Of a stretch of 54,872 nt of DNA, positions 8,465 to 19,342 are shown piece after piece. A program made the translations under genes and the position numbers. Positions within the stretch are counted from its first letter, which is position 1. Each line of letters opens with the position of its first letter. The notes below the pieces were generated by a model, which was given only the letters and a program-made list of their open reading frames with translations, was not told the DNA's origin and ran no database searches. Source of the DNA: an uncultured Gammaproteobacteria bacterium. Its GTDB lineage: Bacteria > Pseudomonadota > Gammaproteobacteria > CAYTUN01. Where the stretch lies: assembly GCA_964441315.1 (NCBI GenBank), contig CAYTUN010000003.1:1-54872 (forward strand), in the 5' to 3' direction.

Positions 8465-11400
8465 ATGGAAGATATCTATAGACTAACGGAAATACAAGCC
8501 AGCCTAGAGCGCAAGGTTGATGAAGAAAAAGAAAAACGCCTAAAACTTCTCTATGACATCCTACAATTTATATCAGACACTAATGATCATCATATCTTCA
8601 ATACAGCTTTAAAAGAACTTAATGACTCCAACATTACCAAAAAAATTAAACTGAATTTGAGGAAGACTCCCTCAAACGAAATTTCAGGGCCAGCAGTCAT
8701 ACAAGAAAAAGATGAGTTGACTATTCATGAAATCACAGAATTTAGCTTTCTATTAATGAGCCAATTAACTGCACACAATGAGGAGAGTATCCCTGACGCT
8801 TTTTTAGATGAGATCCATAAAAAATCCCTTACTAGTTTAAAGCTGCGACATGAAATAAGTGTCCTGGAATCTGCCATCAGAAAATCAATTACACCAGACA
8901 CACAATTAGCAGCAAGTCCACAACAATTAACATTATTAAACCAATTAAGAAAAAAATCAGTTGACTTACAACAATTAAATATTGATATCGATGCTTTAAC
9001 AACACAAGGAAGATTAGGTTTTGATGTAATTCTGCAACACATAGAAGTAATTAATAGTCTCCTCAAGCCATTTGAAAGGTATTTACTTGATTCGTCGAAT
9101 AGAACAATTTTTAGATCTCACACAGTCCCATGGAAAAAGTTTCAGCAATTGCAGCAACGAATGCATCTTGGCCATATAAAAGCCAAGTTTATAAAAGCCT
9201 GTCAAAATATGAGTGATACCATTATATCTATTGAAAAATTTTCCTATGACCACACCCTGGCAAGCACATTATTGGAAACGATGCGAAATAAAATTTATGG
9301 ACAAGCGCTTGAGAAAAAAGAGATTAATCTTAAAGACTTGTTTCGTCACATTACCAGTCACTTTAAGCTAGATAAAAATGCAGTCTTAAAAACCATTGAA
9401 GATTTTCTATCAAAAATTAACTATAAAATTCTTATTTTAATTTCAGAAATTAAAAAAATAGAATCTATTTTTAACAAAATTGCTGTGCATTATAACCATC
9501 ATCAAAATGAATTACCCGAACAAGAGTTTAATTTTAACTTCTTGCTTTCTTTACTGGAGTTTTCTCAAAAAATATTTTTTGATGTATCGCTGGCACAATC
9601 GATACAACCAAAAATGATTGACAAGCTGGGCCTGCCTGGTGCTTTTCAATACGATAGAACCAGTTTTGCTTTATACAACAAAATTCTCACCTTGATATTA
9701 AAAAAACACTCTCGGCAGTTAAATATTAGTATTACTAACCAAACAACAACACTATGTGACAATTTTGGAATTTGGTTAAAACAGAAGTCTAATCCTTCCT
9801 GGGAAAAATTAGCACAACTTACTCATGAAGCGTTGGAGTTTGCTCATACAGAATTAGCAAGCACGCATGAGTGGCTAAAGCGAATAGGTTTTGACGATGA
9901 AGAAGTTTTATTGCTTACCAGGGTCAGCGTATCAAGGGAAAATGGTAATTTAATCTTTAGTAGTTCAAATACTCATAATGGGTTGATCGAAAAAGAGCTA
10001 ATAGTGGCTGGATCCAGCTATTTTGAAGTTTCACCAGAAGTCATGTTAGTTTTGCACTGGTGCCAAAGTGCAAGACAATGTAGAAAAGAGATTCAATTAA
10101 ATCTAGCAAACGTTCATTCCCGTATTTCTCGTACTCTTCATGATGAGCTAACAAAACGTTGCACTCAGTTTTTAAAAGACTGGAATAAATTATTTAAAGA
10201 AGCAAACACGCTAGAACTTGGCGAAGCTGCAGTTTATATTGGGAGATTAATTGAAAATTATAATTTCTTATCTTCTCATTCCTTTGTCCCTTATTTAAAA
10301 AAATTTAGCGAAGAACAAATAAAGTTTTTTGGAAGAAGTTTTAATCAACTCGATGCCATGTTTCGATTTATTGAAACCTACAACATTGGCTGGCTGAGTC
10401 TCAAATGTGATCCTTTCTGGGAAATCAATGAACTCACGCGTGACAATTTTTTGAAAATTTACAGATCCTTTGATAAAAGTAATACTGCTTATACAAAAAT
10501 TAAATCTGCACGTGACCAGCCAGAGCAAGAGCAGCTTAATATTATCCTTGAATTTTATTTAAAATCAATTTTCATAGTCAAATTTATCACAAAATTAATT
10601 TCATCCAAAAAGATACCTCAAATAAAAAAAATCATTAGCATAAATGATTTTATATCTTTCAAACTTGATACCCCTATAGAATCACTAAGTGCTTTTTGTG
10701 AAGAAAAAAATCAAGTGCTGATTGAAGCGTTTAAAATGCTAACAACAAATGCACCAATTCAAAATGCTACTTTGCATTATGCTGAAATACCTAAACAAGA
10801 ATATCCACGAGCGCCCGCCTCATCCAAGTTAAATGAAAGCACGGATGATAAAAGTCTAGCAAGTTTGTTAAATAGTCATCAATCAGCCCAAGGAATACAG
10901 CAAGGCATTAGTAAGGCGCTCAAACTGGAGATTGAGGGCGAAGAAGATTTGAGACGATTTTTTGCTGAGCTAGTACAAAATGACAGTAGTTATCTACCAG
11001 AATTATTAAAATTACTACCTGTCTTCAAAACGAGGCAAACCGATGATACTTCGGATATAAACGATTATGATAAATTAATCAAAATATTTGGATTGGTATT
11101 TGCCGCATTTTTTCATCAAAATGCTTCAGACTGCGTAAAAAAATTCAATAGAATTTTAAATCAAGCACATAGCAACAGTGATCTCTCCAACCAGCTCGTT
11201 AATCAAACCCTGGAGATATTAAGCCCGTATGAACGCCTGGATTTTATTAAGGCTCTTTATCTTAAATATCAGCAAGCTGACACAAACTTCACCTGGACAA
11301 TCAGATTTCCTCGTGATTTTAACGAATGGGTTTTGATTAGGGAAATATTTCATATCGACTATTTGCTTTCAGCACCGCTTGTAGACATTTATTCATTTAT

Positions 11401-13183
11401 TACCGAACGCACGGCTGCAAAAAACACTGAAAAAGAAAAAATTGACCTTATTTCATCCTGGCTGAATCGCATCTGCTTGATTTGGGAAGATAATATCCAT
11501 AAAAATGATGTTTTGGCAGCAATACTTTCATATAGAAACATTGGCGCAACAAATCTGGCAAATCAATTACAGATTTACCTATTGGAAAAAATCATCATGG
11601 GCCTGGTAGATTTTTCCGCCGATACGCAAGACTATCTAATAAAGTTGTTACATGCTATTCCTAAATTTGATGCCTTGCTCGCTTCTTCAAAAAAATCTGG
11701 TTTACTGAATATATTTGAAAAAGATTTTCCATTCAGCTTATTTGCGGATTATATTTTCTATATTAGTGATTCAAATATAGATCAGAAAATAAGGGAATCA
11801 TTTATTGACCGTCTATTATCGCAAGAAAATCCTGAAAACTTGATTAAAGATATCTTGCCTGAAACTGCCAATAAGATAATTCCTCTTGTCTCGCGGCAAA
11901 AAAATACCGATACAGCCAAATTAATTGAATTCGTTAAAAAAAATTCGATTAGGGTTAGCCGGCATGATGCAGACGGTAATAGGGTCAATCATTTGCTTAA
12001 AGCATTTGATTTAATAACCGGAAATATTTTATCTCCAAGTTCCATAAGTAATATTTTAAACATTTTACTTTCTGAAGAAGAAATACCACTTCAAAAAGGC
12101 ATTTTGGTAGACATGCTATTGGCGGTTTTTTGCAAAAAGCGCTTGATTGCTGATGAATTAATTATACGAGTTAGCGACTTGCCAAAAGACCAGGTTAAAA
12201 AAATTTCTTTTGTCGCTGGTTTTCTCCAAGTTATATTAGAAAGACTGTTATTAAGCTCTTACTCGGATAAACACGAGAAAGCAGAAGTAATAAATTTGCT
12301 TAAAGGTGCAAAATCGAGCCTGGTTAATTCACCCACTGATTTTAACGATTTTGAACATCTGGTTTCTTATGCTTTTTCTCATGAAGAAATAGCAATATCT
12401 GGATTAAAAAATCTGTTTATTTTCTTTGATTTTCCTAAAGGCCGTAAAGAAGAATTTTTTTCTTTTTTGTTAGAACGATTCGCCAGGCCTTTAAAATCGA
12501 GCATTATAATCAAAGCATATTTGGAATCGAGCAATTATACTATTGACATCAATACCTTACTTAACGTGATAAAAATAACCCGATCGTATTTTTTTGAATT
12601 AAATCATCTACACTTAACACAGCGGCAAAGGTACCAGCTCTTACAGGAACGCGATGATTTTTTATCTAATGATGAAATAGCAATAGGAAATTTTTTAGTA
12701 TTTATCATTTTAGAATTCCCTAAAATTAAAAAAACTGGTGACAACAAACTCTTACATGGAAAGCTATTATGCGAGTTATCTAAATACAGAATACCCTACG
12801 ACTTATTTCTAGAAACATTAATTGGACTCAACCGCCGCACAAGAATTAAAGTGGAAAAAGTTGATAGTGGGCTTGTTTTGAAAAATTTAGAAGCATGGTT
12901 AAGCAATCTGCATCCTGATTTATCACTCAACCAAATTTTTCGACTCTTTAAAAAAATTTTTAAACTTATAGAAGCTCATGAAAATCTTTTTGAACCAGTT
13001 GCATGTCGACAAATTTATGAGTCCTTATCAAAATCAGCCACGTTTTATCAAAATCAGTCTATTGGCAATTCTGGTTTCTTTAGCTGCCGTAAACCACAAG
13101 ACCCCTTTGCAGATTTAATCCAACAGATGTTAGCTAAAGCAAGTGACACTAGCCAGGATATAGCCATGGCATTGCAAAACTAA
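8465..13183 (+). CDS. Very large hypothetical protein (1572 aa), probably alpha-helical, effector-like
   Basis: 4.7-kb uninterrupted ORF, AAGGA upstream of ATG, Leu/Ile/Lys/Glu-rich; no motif recognised. Confidence 0.85.
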   Translation: MEDIYRLTEIQASLERKVDEEKEKRLKLLYDILQFISDTNDHHIFNTALKELNDSNITKKIKLNLRKTPSNEISGPAVIQEKDELTIHEITEFSFLLMSQLTAHNEESIPDAFLDEIHKKSLTSLKLRHEISVLESAIRKSITPDTQLAASPQQLTLLNQLRKKSVDLQQLNIDIDALTTQGRLGFDVILQHIEVINSLLKPFERYLLDSSNRTIFRSHTVPWKKFQQLQQRMHLGHIKAKFIKACQNMSDTIISIEKFSYDHTLASTLLETMRNKIYGQALEKKEINLKDLFRHITSHFKLDKNAVLKTIEDFLSKINYKILILISEIKKIESIFNKIAVHYNHHQNELPEQEFNFNFLLSLLEFSQKIFFDVSLAQSIQPKMIDKLGLPGAFQYDRTSFALYNKILTLILKKHSRQLNISITNQTTTLCDNFGIWLKQKSNPSWEKLAQLTHEALEFAHTELASTHEWLKRIGFDDEEVLLLTRVSVSRENGNLIFSSSNTHNGLIEKELIVAGSSYFEVSPEVMLVLHWCQSARQCRKEIQLNLANVHSRISRTLHDELTKRCTQFLKDWNKLFKEANTLELGEAAVYIGRLIENYNFLSSHSFVPYLKKFSEEQIKFFGRSFNQLDAMFRFIETYNIGWLSLKCDPFWEINELTRDNFLKIYRSFDKSNTAYTKIKSARDQPEQEQLNIILEFYLKSIFIVKFITKLISSKKIPQIKKIISINDFISFKLDTPIESLSAFCEEKNQVLIEAFKMLTTNAPIQNATLHYAEIPKQEYPRAPASSKLNESTDDKSLASLLNSHQSAQGIQQGISKALKLEIEGEEDLRRFFAELVQNDSSYLPELLKLLPVFKTRQTDDTSDINDYDKLIKIFGLVFAAFFHQNASDCVKKFNRILNQAHSNSDLSNQLVNQTLEILSPYERLDFIKALYLKYQQADTNFTWTIRFPRDFNEWVLIREIFHIDYLLSAPLVDIYSFITERTAAKNTEKEKIDLISSWLNRICLIWEDNIHKNDVLAAILSYRNIGATNLANQLQIYLLEKIIMGLVDFSADTQDYLIKLLHAIPKFDALLASSKKSGLLNIFEKDFPFSLFADYIFYISDSNIDQKIRESFIDRLLSQENPENLIKDILPETANKIIPLVSRQKNTDTAKLIEFVKKNSIRVSRHDADGNRVNHLLKAFDLITGNILSPSSISNILNILLSEEEIPLQKGILVDMLLAVFCKKRLIADELIIRVSDLPKDQVKKISFVAGFLQVILERLLLSSYSDKHEKAEVINLLKGAKSSLVNSPTDFNDFEHLVSYAFSHEEIAISGLKNLFIFFDFPKGRKEEFFSFLLERFARPLKSSIIIKAYLESSNYTIDINTLLNVIKITRSYFFELNHLHLTQRQRYQLLQERDDFLSNDEIAIGNFLVFIILEFPKIKKTGDNKLLHGKLLCELSKYRIPYDLFLETLIGLNRRTRIKVEKVDSGLVLKNLEAWLSNLHPDLSLNQIFRLFKKIFKLIEAHENLFEPVACRQIYESLSKSATFYQNQSIGNSGFFSCRKPQDPFADLIQQMLAKASDTSQDIAMALQN

Positions 13184-13246
13184 TCTCCCTACAAATCTCA
13201 TCCCCCTTGCGTTAAGCTAAGCCCATTTTAAAAACCCGAGGCACTA

Positions 13247-14626
13247 ATGAGACAAGAAAAAGACAGCATGGGCTTGATGGAAGTACCGGATGATCGTTAT
13301 TGGGGCGCGCAGACGGCGCGGTCGATGAAATATTTTGCGATCGGCGATGATCGCATGCCAAAAGAAATTTTGCGCGCATTTGGGATTTTGAAAAAAGCGG
13401 CAGCGCTGGCAAACCAGGAACTCGGCCATTTGGCAGAAGAGAAAGCGAAATTAATCGTTGCTGCGGCTGAAGAAGTGATTGCCGGAAAATTAGATGAGCA
13501 TTTTCCTTTGCGTATTTGGCAAACTGGCAGCGGTACGCAGACCAATATGAATGTGAATGAAGTCATCGCCAATCGCGCGATTGAAATGGCGGGCGGCAAA
13601 TTAGGTTCTAAAACGCCGATTCATCCGAATGATCATGTCAATATGTCGCAATCCTCAAACGACACTTTTCCAACTGCGATGCACATCGCCGCTTGTGAAA
13701 TGCTGGTGCATAAATTACTGCCAGCAGTTAAACAATTAAAAACTGCTTTGGAAGAAAAACAGAAAGCATTCGCGCCTATCGTAAAAATCGGCCGTACACA
13801 TTTACAAGATGCCGTACCCATGACCTTAGGCCAAGAATTTTCTGGCTATGTTTATCAGCTGAAACAAGATATCGTGCGGATTGAAATGGTGCTGCCGGAT
13901 CTTTATGAATTAGCGATTGGTGGTACCGCTGTCGGCACTGGCTTGAATGCGCCAAAAGGTTTTGCCGAAAAAACTGCGGCCAGCATCGCCAAAATCACCG
14001 GCCTGCCTTTTGTCAGCGCACCGAATAAATTCGCCGCCCTCGCCTCGCACGATGCATTTGTCATGGCCAGTGGCGCTTTGAAAACTTTAGCAGCCTCCCT
14101 GATGAAAATCGCCAACGACATCCGCTGGCTTGCCTCCGGCCCGCGTTGCGGCCTGGGCGAATTAACACTGCCGGAAAATGAACCCGGCTCATCAATCATG
14201 CCAGGCAAAGTCAACCCGACCCAATGCGAAGCGATGACCATGGTCTGCACCCAAGTCATGGGCAATGACAACACCATCAGCATCGCCGCCAGCCAAGGCA
14301 ATTTTGAATTAAATGTATTTAAACCCGTCATCGTTTTAAATTTTACGCAATCCGTTCGTATACTCACGGATGCCTGCCGCTCTTTCCGCGAACACGCCAT
14401 CGAAGGCCTGCAAGCGAATGAAAAACGCATTAAAGATTATGTCGATAATTCTTTAATGTTAGTCACCGCATTAAGCCCAATTATTGGCTATGACAAAGCC
14501 GCCGAAATTGCGCATAAAGCGCATCATGAACATACCAGCTTAAAACAAGCGGCGGTGAAACTCGGTTATTTATCGGAAAACGATTTTGATAAACACGTAA
14601 AAGCGGAAGAGATGATTGGAGAGTGA
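13247..14626 (+). CDS. fumC: Class II fumarate hydratase
   Basis: [35 protein letters not shown]. Confidence 0.98.
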   Translation: MRQEKDSMGLMEVPDDRYWGAQTARSMKYFAIGDDRMPKEILRAFGILKKAAALANQELGHLAEEKAKLIVAAAEEVIAGKLDEHFPLRIWQTGSGTQTNMNVNEVIANRAIEMAGGKLGSKTPIHPNDHVNMSQSSNDTFPTAMHIAACEMLVHKLLPAVKQLKTALEEKQKAFAPIVKIGRTHLQDAVPMTLGQEFSGYVYQLKQDIVRIEMVLPDLYELAIGGTAVGTGLNAPKGFAEKTAASIAKITGLPFVSAPNKFAALASHDAFVMASGALKTLAASLMKIANDIRWLASGPRCGLGELTLPENEPGSSIMPGKVNPTQCEAMTMVCTQVMGNDNTISIAASQGNFELNVFKPVIVLNFTQSVRILTDACRSFREHAIEGLQANEKRIKDYVDNSLMLVTALSPIIGYDKAAEIAHKAHHEHTSLKQAAVKLGYLSENDFDKHVKAEEMIGE

Positions 14627-14627
14627 A

Positions 14628-15041
14628 ATGAAATTGACACGTTGGCAGCAGCGTTTTGAAAATTTTGAACGTGCGTTTAATTTGTTGCATCAAGTGTTTG
14701 AGCAAAAAAAATTGGAAGAATTTTCCGATCTGGAAAAAGAAGGCATTGTGCAACGTTTTGAATATACTTTTGAATTAGCCTGGAAAACTCTGAAAGATTA
14801 CTTGGAACATAATGGCATCACATTAAACCAAGTAACACCGCGCCATACCATTAAACAAGGATTTGCTGCCAACATTATCGAAGATGGCAAAATATGGATT
14901 AACATGTTAGAGCAACGGAATTTAATGTCACATATGTATAATGCTAAAAAATTTGAAAAAGCAATTGTACAGATCCAGGAAGAATTTTTGCCAACTTTGA
15001 AAAAATTTTATTTGGACTTAAAAACAAAGGATATCGATTAG
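14628..15041 (+). CDS. HEPN-domain protein (HI0074-like nucleotidyltransferase substrate-binding family), putative RNase toxin
   Basis: GIVQRFEYTFELAWKTLK and RNLMSHMY (RX4HXY). Confidence 0.88.
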   Translation: MKLTRWQQRFENFERAFNLLHQVFEQKKLEEFSDLEKEGIVQRFEYTFELAWKTLKDYLEHNGITLNQVTPRHTIKQGFAANIIEDGKIWINMLEQRNLMSHMYNAKKFEKAIVQIQEEFLPTLKKFYLDLKTKDID

Positions 15042-15340
15042 TGCCATACGGACTTGAAGATAGTGAAATGGAATTACTTATTCAAGTATTTGCCGCTCAT
15101 TCTGAAATAAAAGAAGTCGTGCTATTTGGCTCACGCGCACTCGGGACCTACCGCAACAATTCAGATATTGATCTCGTGCTTTATGGTGAAATTGATCAAA
15201 ATGTAATGGCTGCTATCAATCTGGAATTAGATGAATTGCCGTTGCCTTATTTATTTGATATTAAATCCGCTGCTGATATCACGCATGTTGGTTTAAAAGA
15301 GCATATTGAAAAATTTGGAAAGAAAATTTATTCAATATAG
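15041..15340 (+). CDS. Minimal nucleotidyltransferase (MNT), putative antitoxin
   Basis: LFGSRALGTYRNNSDIDL (GSX10DXD); GTG overlaps the HEPN stop codon. Confidence 0.88.
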   Translation: MPYGLEDSEMELLIQVFAAHSEIKEVVLFGSRALGTYRNNSDIDLVLYGEIDQNVMAAINLELDELPLPYLFDIKSAADITHVGLKEHIEKFGKKIYSI

Positions 15341-15398
15341 AGAAAAATTCACTGCCTATTAACAGCAAACACTTTTATAGCGGGAACCGCTGTAAATA

Positions 15399-15932
15399 TC
15401 AAAACGCAAAATAAAAACTCGTCGAAAACACCACGCCAGTATAAGAAACTTCCCAACCAAAATGCTTATAACGAATGCTGGTCATTAAACTGGCATAAGG
15501 AATAATCGGGCTTTCGCCAGCGAAATGGCTTAAGCGGCTGTCATAGCCATAAATGGCGCCAGCGCGATAGCCAACGTAATAATTCCAATTGGGATGATTA
15601 ACAAACTGATGGGTATACAAATTTCGTTGCACGCCGACGGCATAACTGCGGTGATCGTAGGAATTAAGAAAAGTACCGGCGAAAATGCTTTTGTAAACAA
15701 AACCCAATAATTCGTTATTGGAATTGTCGTCCTCACGGCTGGCAGCATTGATATGATAAGTCCACATGCCGGCATAAATCACATTCGGAAAAGCGGTGCC
15801 CTTGATGGTTTGCCAAAAACCTGCGCTTTTTGACGCGTCATCTACACTTGCGATAGCAGAACCACTTAAGGTTAAAGCCAGCATTATAATTTTTATTCTT
15901 TTTATACTTAAGGCGAGCTTAAATTTCTTCAC
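15399..15932 (-). CDS. Exported PagP-like small beta-barrel protein
   Basis: Signal peptide, WTYH..NNELLG..GTFLNSY pattern, alternating aromatic strands, C-terminal Phe. Confidence 0.5.
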   Translation of the reverse strand: MKKFKLALSIKRIKIIMLALTLSGSAIASVDDASKSAGFWQTIKGTAFPNVIYAGMWTYHINAASREDDNSNNELLGFVYKSIFAGTFLNSYDHRSYAVGVQRNLYTHQFVNHPNWNYYVGYRAGAIYGYDSRLSHFAGESPIIPYASLMTSIRYKHFGWEVSYTGVVFSTSFYFAF

Positions 15933-16097
15933 AATGATGTATTTATAGGCTGTTTATTGAGAGGCAGAATTAAACCTGATTTTTTAGAGGAGTGCAATTG
16001 TTTAAATCAAGCGCATTTTACAACATTTTTCTTCGAAAAATCTTAGGGCTGGGTATGGTTTTGTTAGCGGAAGATAACCTAATGCGTGTTCACAATG

Positions 16098-16200
16098 AGG
16101 AGATTGCCGCGTCCGCTACGCTCCCTCGCAATGACAATGGGGTGGCACTGTGCCCATTCCTTGTCATTGCGAGGGAGCGTAGCGGACGCGGCAATCTCCT
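16098..16200. repeat. Family B REP pair (GAGATTGCCGCG..CTCGCAATGAC / GTCATTGCGAG..GCAATCTC)
   Basis: About 40-bp perfect inverted repeat around a short spacer; related copies at 33714-33873 and 19392-19408. Confidence 0.9.
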
Positions 16201-16249
16201 GACACGAACTTGGCACAAAACTCATTGCTGACACCATTTAAAAATCAAT

Positions 16250-17809
16250 TTATTTAACCATCTTTTTCTGTTTCAAACTCGCAACTTGATATTGTCTGGA
16301 CTGAAACCACCGCCAAACTAAAATCGTCAATAATAAAACCCCAACCACAGCAGCGATAAAAATAAAGACGTCACTAAATCCTTGCATAAACGCGTCTGAA
16401 AATATTTTTAATAATTTTGATTGCATTTCTGGCTGGAACTGATGGGTCAATTGGACTAATTTATCCGGATTATTCATTACGGCATGAAAAGATGCTTGTT
16501 CGGCTGCAGATAAAACTGTATGGCTTTCATTTAATTCATCGAAAAAATATTTTTTCATGCTAGATTGAAACAGTAAAGTTGCCAGCGCCAAACCGATAGC
16601 GCCCATCAAGTTAAATAATGTATAAATTGTGCCAATCGCATTACCAATTTTTTCCTTTGGAATCGTTTGATGCGCCGTAATAGCACCAATATTATTGCCA
16701 ATTGCCCAAACTACACCGATTTGCGTAAACGCAAATAAAATCAGAATTAAAGTTGACTGTGCTTGAAATAAGATATGTAAAAAACAGGCAATAATTGTGC
16801 AGATCATTGCAATGACTGCGACTTTAATAATGCCCCATTTTTCAATCATTTTACCGACAAAGGGTGAAATAATGGTTACTGCTACCGGTATGATTAATAA
16901 AATCATACCAGAAACCAAGGCAGATTCTTGACGAATTAAATTCAAATAAAAAGGATTAAAAAATAGCGCAATGACACTCAATAAACCCGCCACACCACAA
17001 GCCAACGCGCCAGCATAAAATAAGGGGTTTTTGAAAAAACCTAATTCTAATAGCGGTTCTGCTATTTTTAATTCAAATTTAATGAGCAATATGCTGGTAA
17101 TAACCGCTACTGCAAAAAAGACAAGCGTCATTAAATTCATCCAACCTAAAATTTCTGAAAAATTAATCGCTAATAACAGACTGCTAATACTAGAACCCAA
17201 TAAAATCACGCCAATCCAATCTAATTTTATTTTCATTGGTTTCGCATGTGCATTCGGCAACCAACGCATTGACAGCAATAAGCCCAAAGCAATAATCGGC
17301 ACATTAATTAAAAAGACATAACGCCAACTTAAAACGCTGACCAAAATTCCTCCCAGCACCGGGCCAAGCGCCAAACCCAAGCCGCTGACCGCACCATAAA
17401 TACTCAGCGCTTTAATGCGCTCATTTTCTGGAAATGCAGTCGGTAAAAGTGTGGTCGACATCGGAAAAATAATCGCAGCGCCAATACCTTGTAAAAATCG
17501 CGCTAAAATTAACATGAGCGGCGAAACTGCCAGACCAGCCAATAGTGAAGCTAATAAAAACACAATAGCACCGATTAAAAACATTTGCCGATGGCCAATT
17601 AGATCACCTAATTTACCGCCAATAATCATCATGATGGAAATCATCATGAGATAACCATTCATCACCCATTGCAGCTGTAAAACAGTCGCCGCTAATTCAC
17701 TCTGTATGGCAGGCAAGGCCGTATTCACAATAGTAAAATCTAAAAAAGCCGTGAAGGCCAGTAAACTAATACCAGCATGGACCAGCCATTTATGAGCATA
17801 TTGATTCAT
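16250..17809 (-). CDS. MFS drug:H+ antiporter, DHA2 (EmrB/QacA-like)
   Basis: LDFTIVNTALPAI, GKLGDLIGHR, ARFLQGIG, GPVLGG, WRYVFLINVP; many hydrophobic segments. Confidence 0.93.
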   Translation of the reverse strand: MNQYAHKWLVHAGISLLAFTAFLDFTIVNTALPAIQSELAATVLQLQWVMNGYLMMISIMMIIGGKLGDLIGHRQMFLIGAIVFLLASLLAGLAVSPLMLILARFLQGIGAAIIFPMSTTLLPTAFPENERIKALSIYGAVSGLGLALGPVLGGILVSVLSWRYVFLINVPIIALGLLLSMRWLPNAHAKPMKIKLDWIGVILLGSSISSLLLAINFSEILGWMNLMTLVFFAVAVITSILLIKFELKIAEPLLELGFFKNPLFYAGALACGVAGLLSVIALFFNPFYLNLIRQESALVSGMILLIIPVAVTIISPFVGKMIEKWGIIKVAVIAMICTIIACFLHILFQAQSTLILILFAFTQIGVVWAIGNNIGAITAHQTIPKEKIGNAIGTIYTLFNLMGAIGLALATLLFQSSMKKYFFDELNESHTVLSAAEQASFHAVMNNPDKLVQLTHQFQPEMQSKLLKIFSDAFMQGFSDVFIFIAAVVGVLLLTILVWRWFQSRQYQVASLKQKKMVK

Positions 17810-17811
17810 GT

Positions 17812-18219
17812 TTTGTTTATGCTAGCGAACATTATTTAAAAAAACATGGCCGCCCCAAATCACCCAAAGATCTCGAAAAACATCTTTTTTGCATTTATTC
17901 TTATTCAACGCGATTTCAAAAATGGGAATTTAAAAATGAATTGCAAACGGAAGTTATAAAATTAAATGGCAATTTTAAAACCAATGATATTTATACAATG
18001 CGATCTGCCGTAGAAAAAGGCATCTGTTTAGGCATCCTGCCATTTTTCGCCAAACCAGCTAGCAGCAAAAATAATCGAGTGATGCAATTATTAAAAAATT
18101 ATTCATTGCCTAAAACCGAGCTATTTGCAGTTTACCCAATTGCCAAGGATAAATCAGTTAAGTTAAAAATATTTTTGGAAGCTTGTGAGAAATATTTTAA
18201 GCAATTTTCAGAACAATAA
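17812..18219 (+). pseudogene. 5'-truncated LysR (CrgA-type) regulator, C-terminal part only
   Basis: Frame of ORF 17941 extends upstream as YASEHYLKKHGRPKSPKDLEKH..W; GICLGILP and KLKIFLE downstream; no HTH and no start codon. Confidence 0.85.
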
Positions 18220-18220
18220 T

Positions 18221-18310
18221 GTAGGGGGGATTAGCGTAGCGTAATCCACCGTTTAGCCTTGCAGTACTGCTAAATTATTCGGTGGATTACGCTACGCTAA
18301 TCCCCCCTAC
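18221..18310. repeat. Family C GTAG-type REPIN
   Basis: GTAGGGGGGATTAGCGTAGCGTAATCCACCG and its perfect inverted copy; also at 37611 and 45687. Confidence 0.92.
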
Positions 18311-18323
18311 GTTTAAATTATTT

Positions 18324-19253
18324 TCACAGCGGGAACTGCTGTAATATCTTCTCCAACAAATTTTCATCACAACTCCCAAACCTCGTCAAATTCGGCCAGG
18401 AGCGTAGCCAGGTAATTTGCCGTTTGGCAAGTTGATAAGTCGCAGTAGTGCCTAAATTAATTAAATCACCGCGACCAATTTTGCCTTCCATAAATTGCCA
18501 AACTTGACGATAACCTACTGCGCGTTGTGAGAGATGGCTACTGTTCACACCATAATATTTACGCAAATTTTCCACTTCTTCAATTAATCCCTGCTCTAAC
18601 ATCGCGATATATCTTTTTTCAATAACATCCCGATGTTTAATTCTCTCTTCCGGGATAATTGCTAAATTAATATATTCCCGCTGCTGCTGCAGGGTATTTT
18701 CAGAAAAAATTTCAGTCGGCTTTTTATTCGTTAAATAATGAATTTCCAGATAGCGGCTGATTCGCTGTTTATCCTGCGGCGATATTTTTCCTGCTGCTTT
18801 AGCATCAATCGCTTTTAATTCTTCATGCAAAACAGACCAACCAACTTCTTCAGCGCGTTGTTCTAATTCACGACGAAAAGCTTCATCACGCACCGGCAAC
18901 GCAGCCAAGCCAAATTGCAGACTGCGGAAATACATCATCGTGCCACCCACTAGTAAAGGCATTTTCCCACGCGCATGAATTTCCGCAATTAATCGATCAA
19001 CATCTTCAACAAATTGTCCCGCCGTATAAAATTTTTTCGGATCACAAATATCAATTAAATGATGCGGACAAATTTCCCGCTCCTTTCGCGTTGGCTTCGC
19101 CGTTCCAATATCCATGCCACAATAAACCAAAGCCGAATCGACTGAAATGACTTCAATCGGCAAATACTCCGCCAATCGCAACGCAATAGCCGATTTCCCC
19201 GTAGCGGTTGGGCCCATTAGGCAAAATATTTTATTGGCTGATAGTGGTTTCAT
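18324..19253 (-). CDS. miaA: tRNA dimethylallyltransferase
   Basis: MGPTATGKS, ISVDSALVYCGMDIGTAKP, VGGTMMY, AKRQITW. Confidence 0.97.
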   Translation of the reverse strand: MKPLSANKIFCLMGPTATGKSAIALRLAEYLPIEVISVDSALVYCGMDIGTAKPTRKEREICPHHLIDICDPKKFYTAGQFVEDVDRLIAEIHARGKMPLLVGGTMMYFRSLQFGLAALPVRDEAFRRELEQRAEEVGWSVLHEELKAIDAKAAGKISPQDKQRISRYLEIHYLTNKKPTEIFSENTLQQQREYINLAIIPEERIKHRDVIEKRYIAMLEQGLIEEVENLRKYYGVNSSHLSQRAVGYRQVWQFMEGKIGRGDLINLGTTATYQLAKRQITWLRSWPNLTRFGSCDENLLEKILQQFPL

Positions 19254-19342
19254 GTTTATCTGTACTCATTACACCTCAAAATCACATTCAGCGGTTTCCG
19301 CTGAATAAAAGTGGCAGTGGACTTTCTAATTTTTTCTTAAAC

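Noticed and set aside
8222..13246. Integrative island or prophage at tRNA-Arg
   Set aside because: No integrase or phage genes, and I saw no duplicated tRNA 3' end.
15992..16231. 79-aa ORF, and the small ORFs at 49105-49385
   Set aside because: They span palindromic repeats and show no coding signal.
18221..18310. Integron attC sites
   Set aside because: GTAG-ended REP architecture, dispersed among core genes, with no integron integrase or cassette array.
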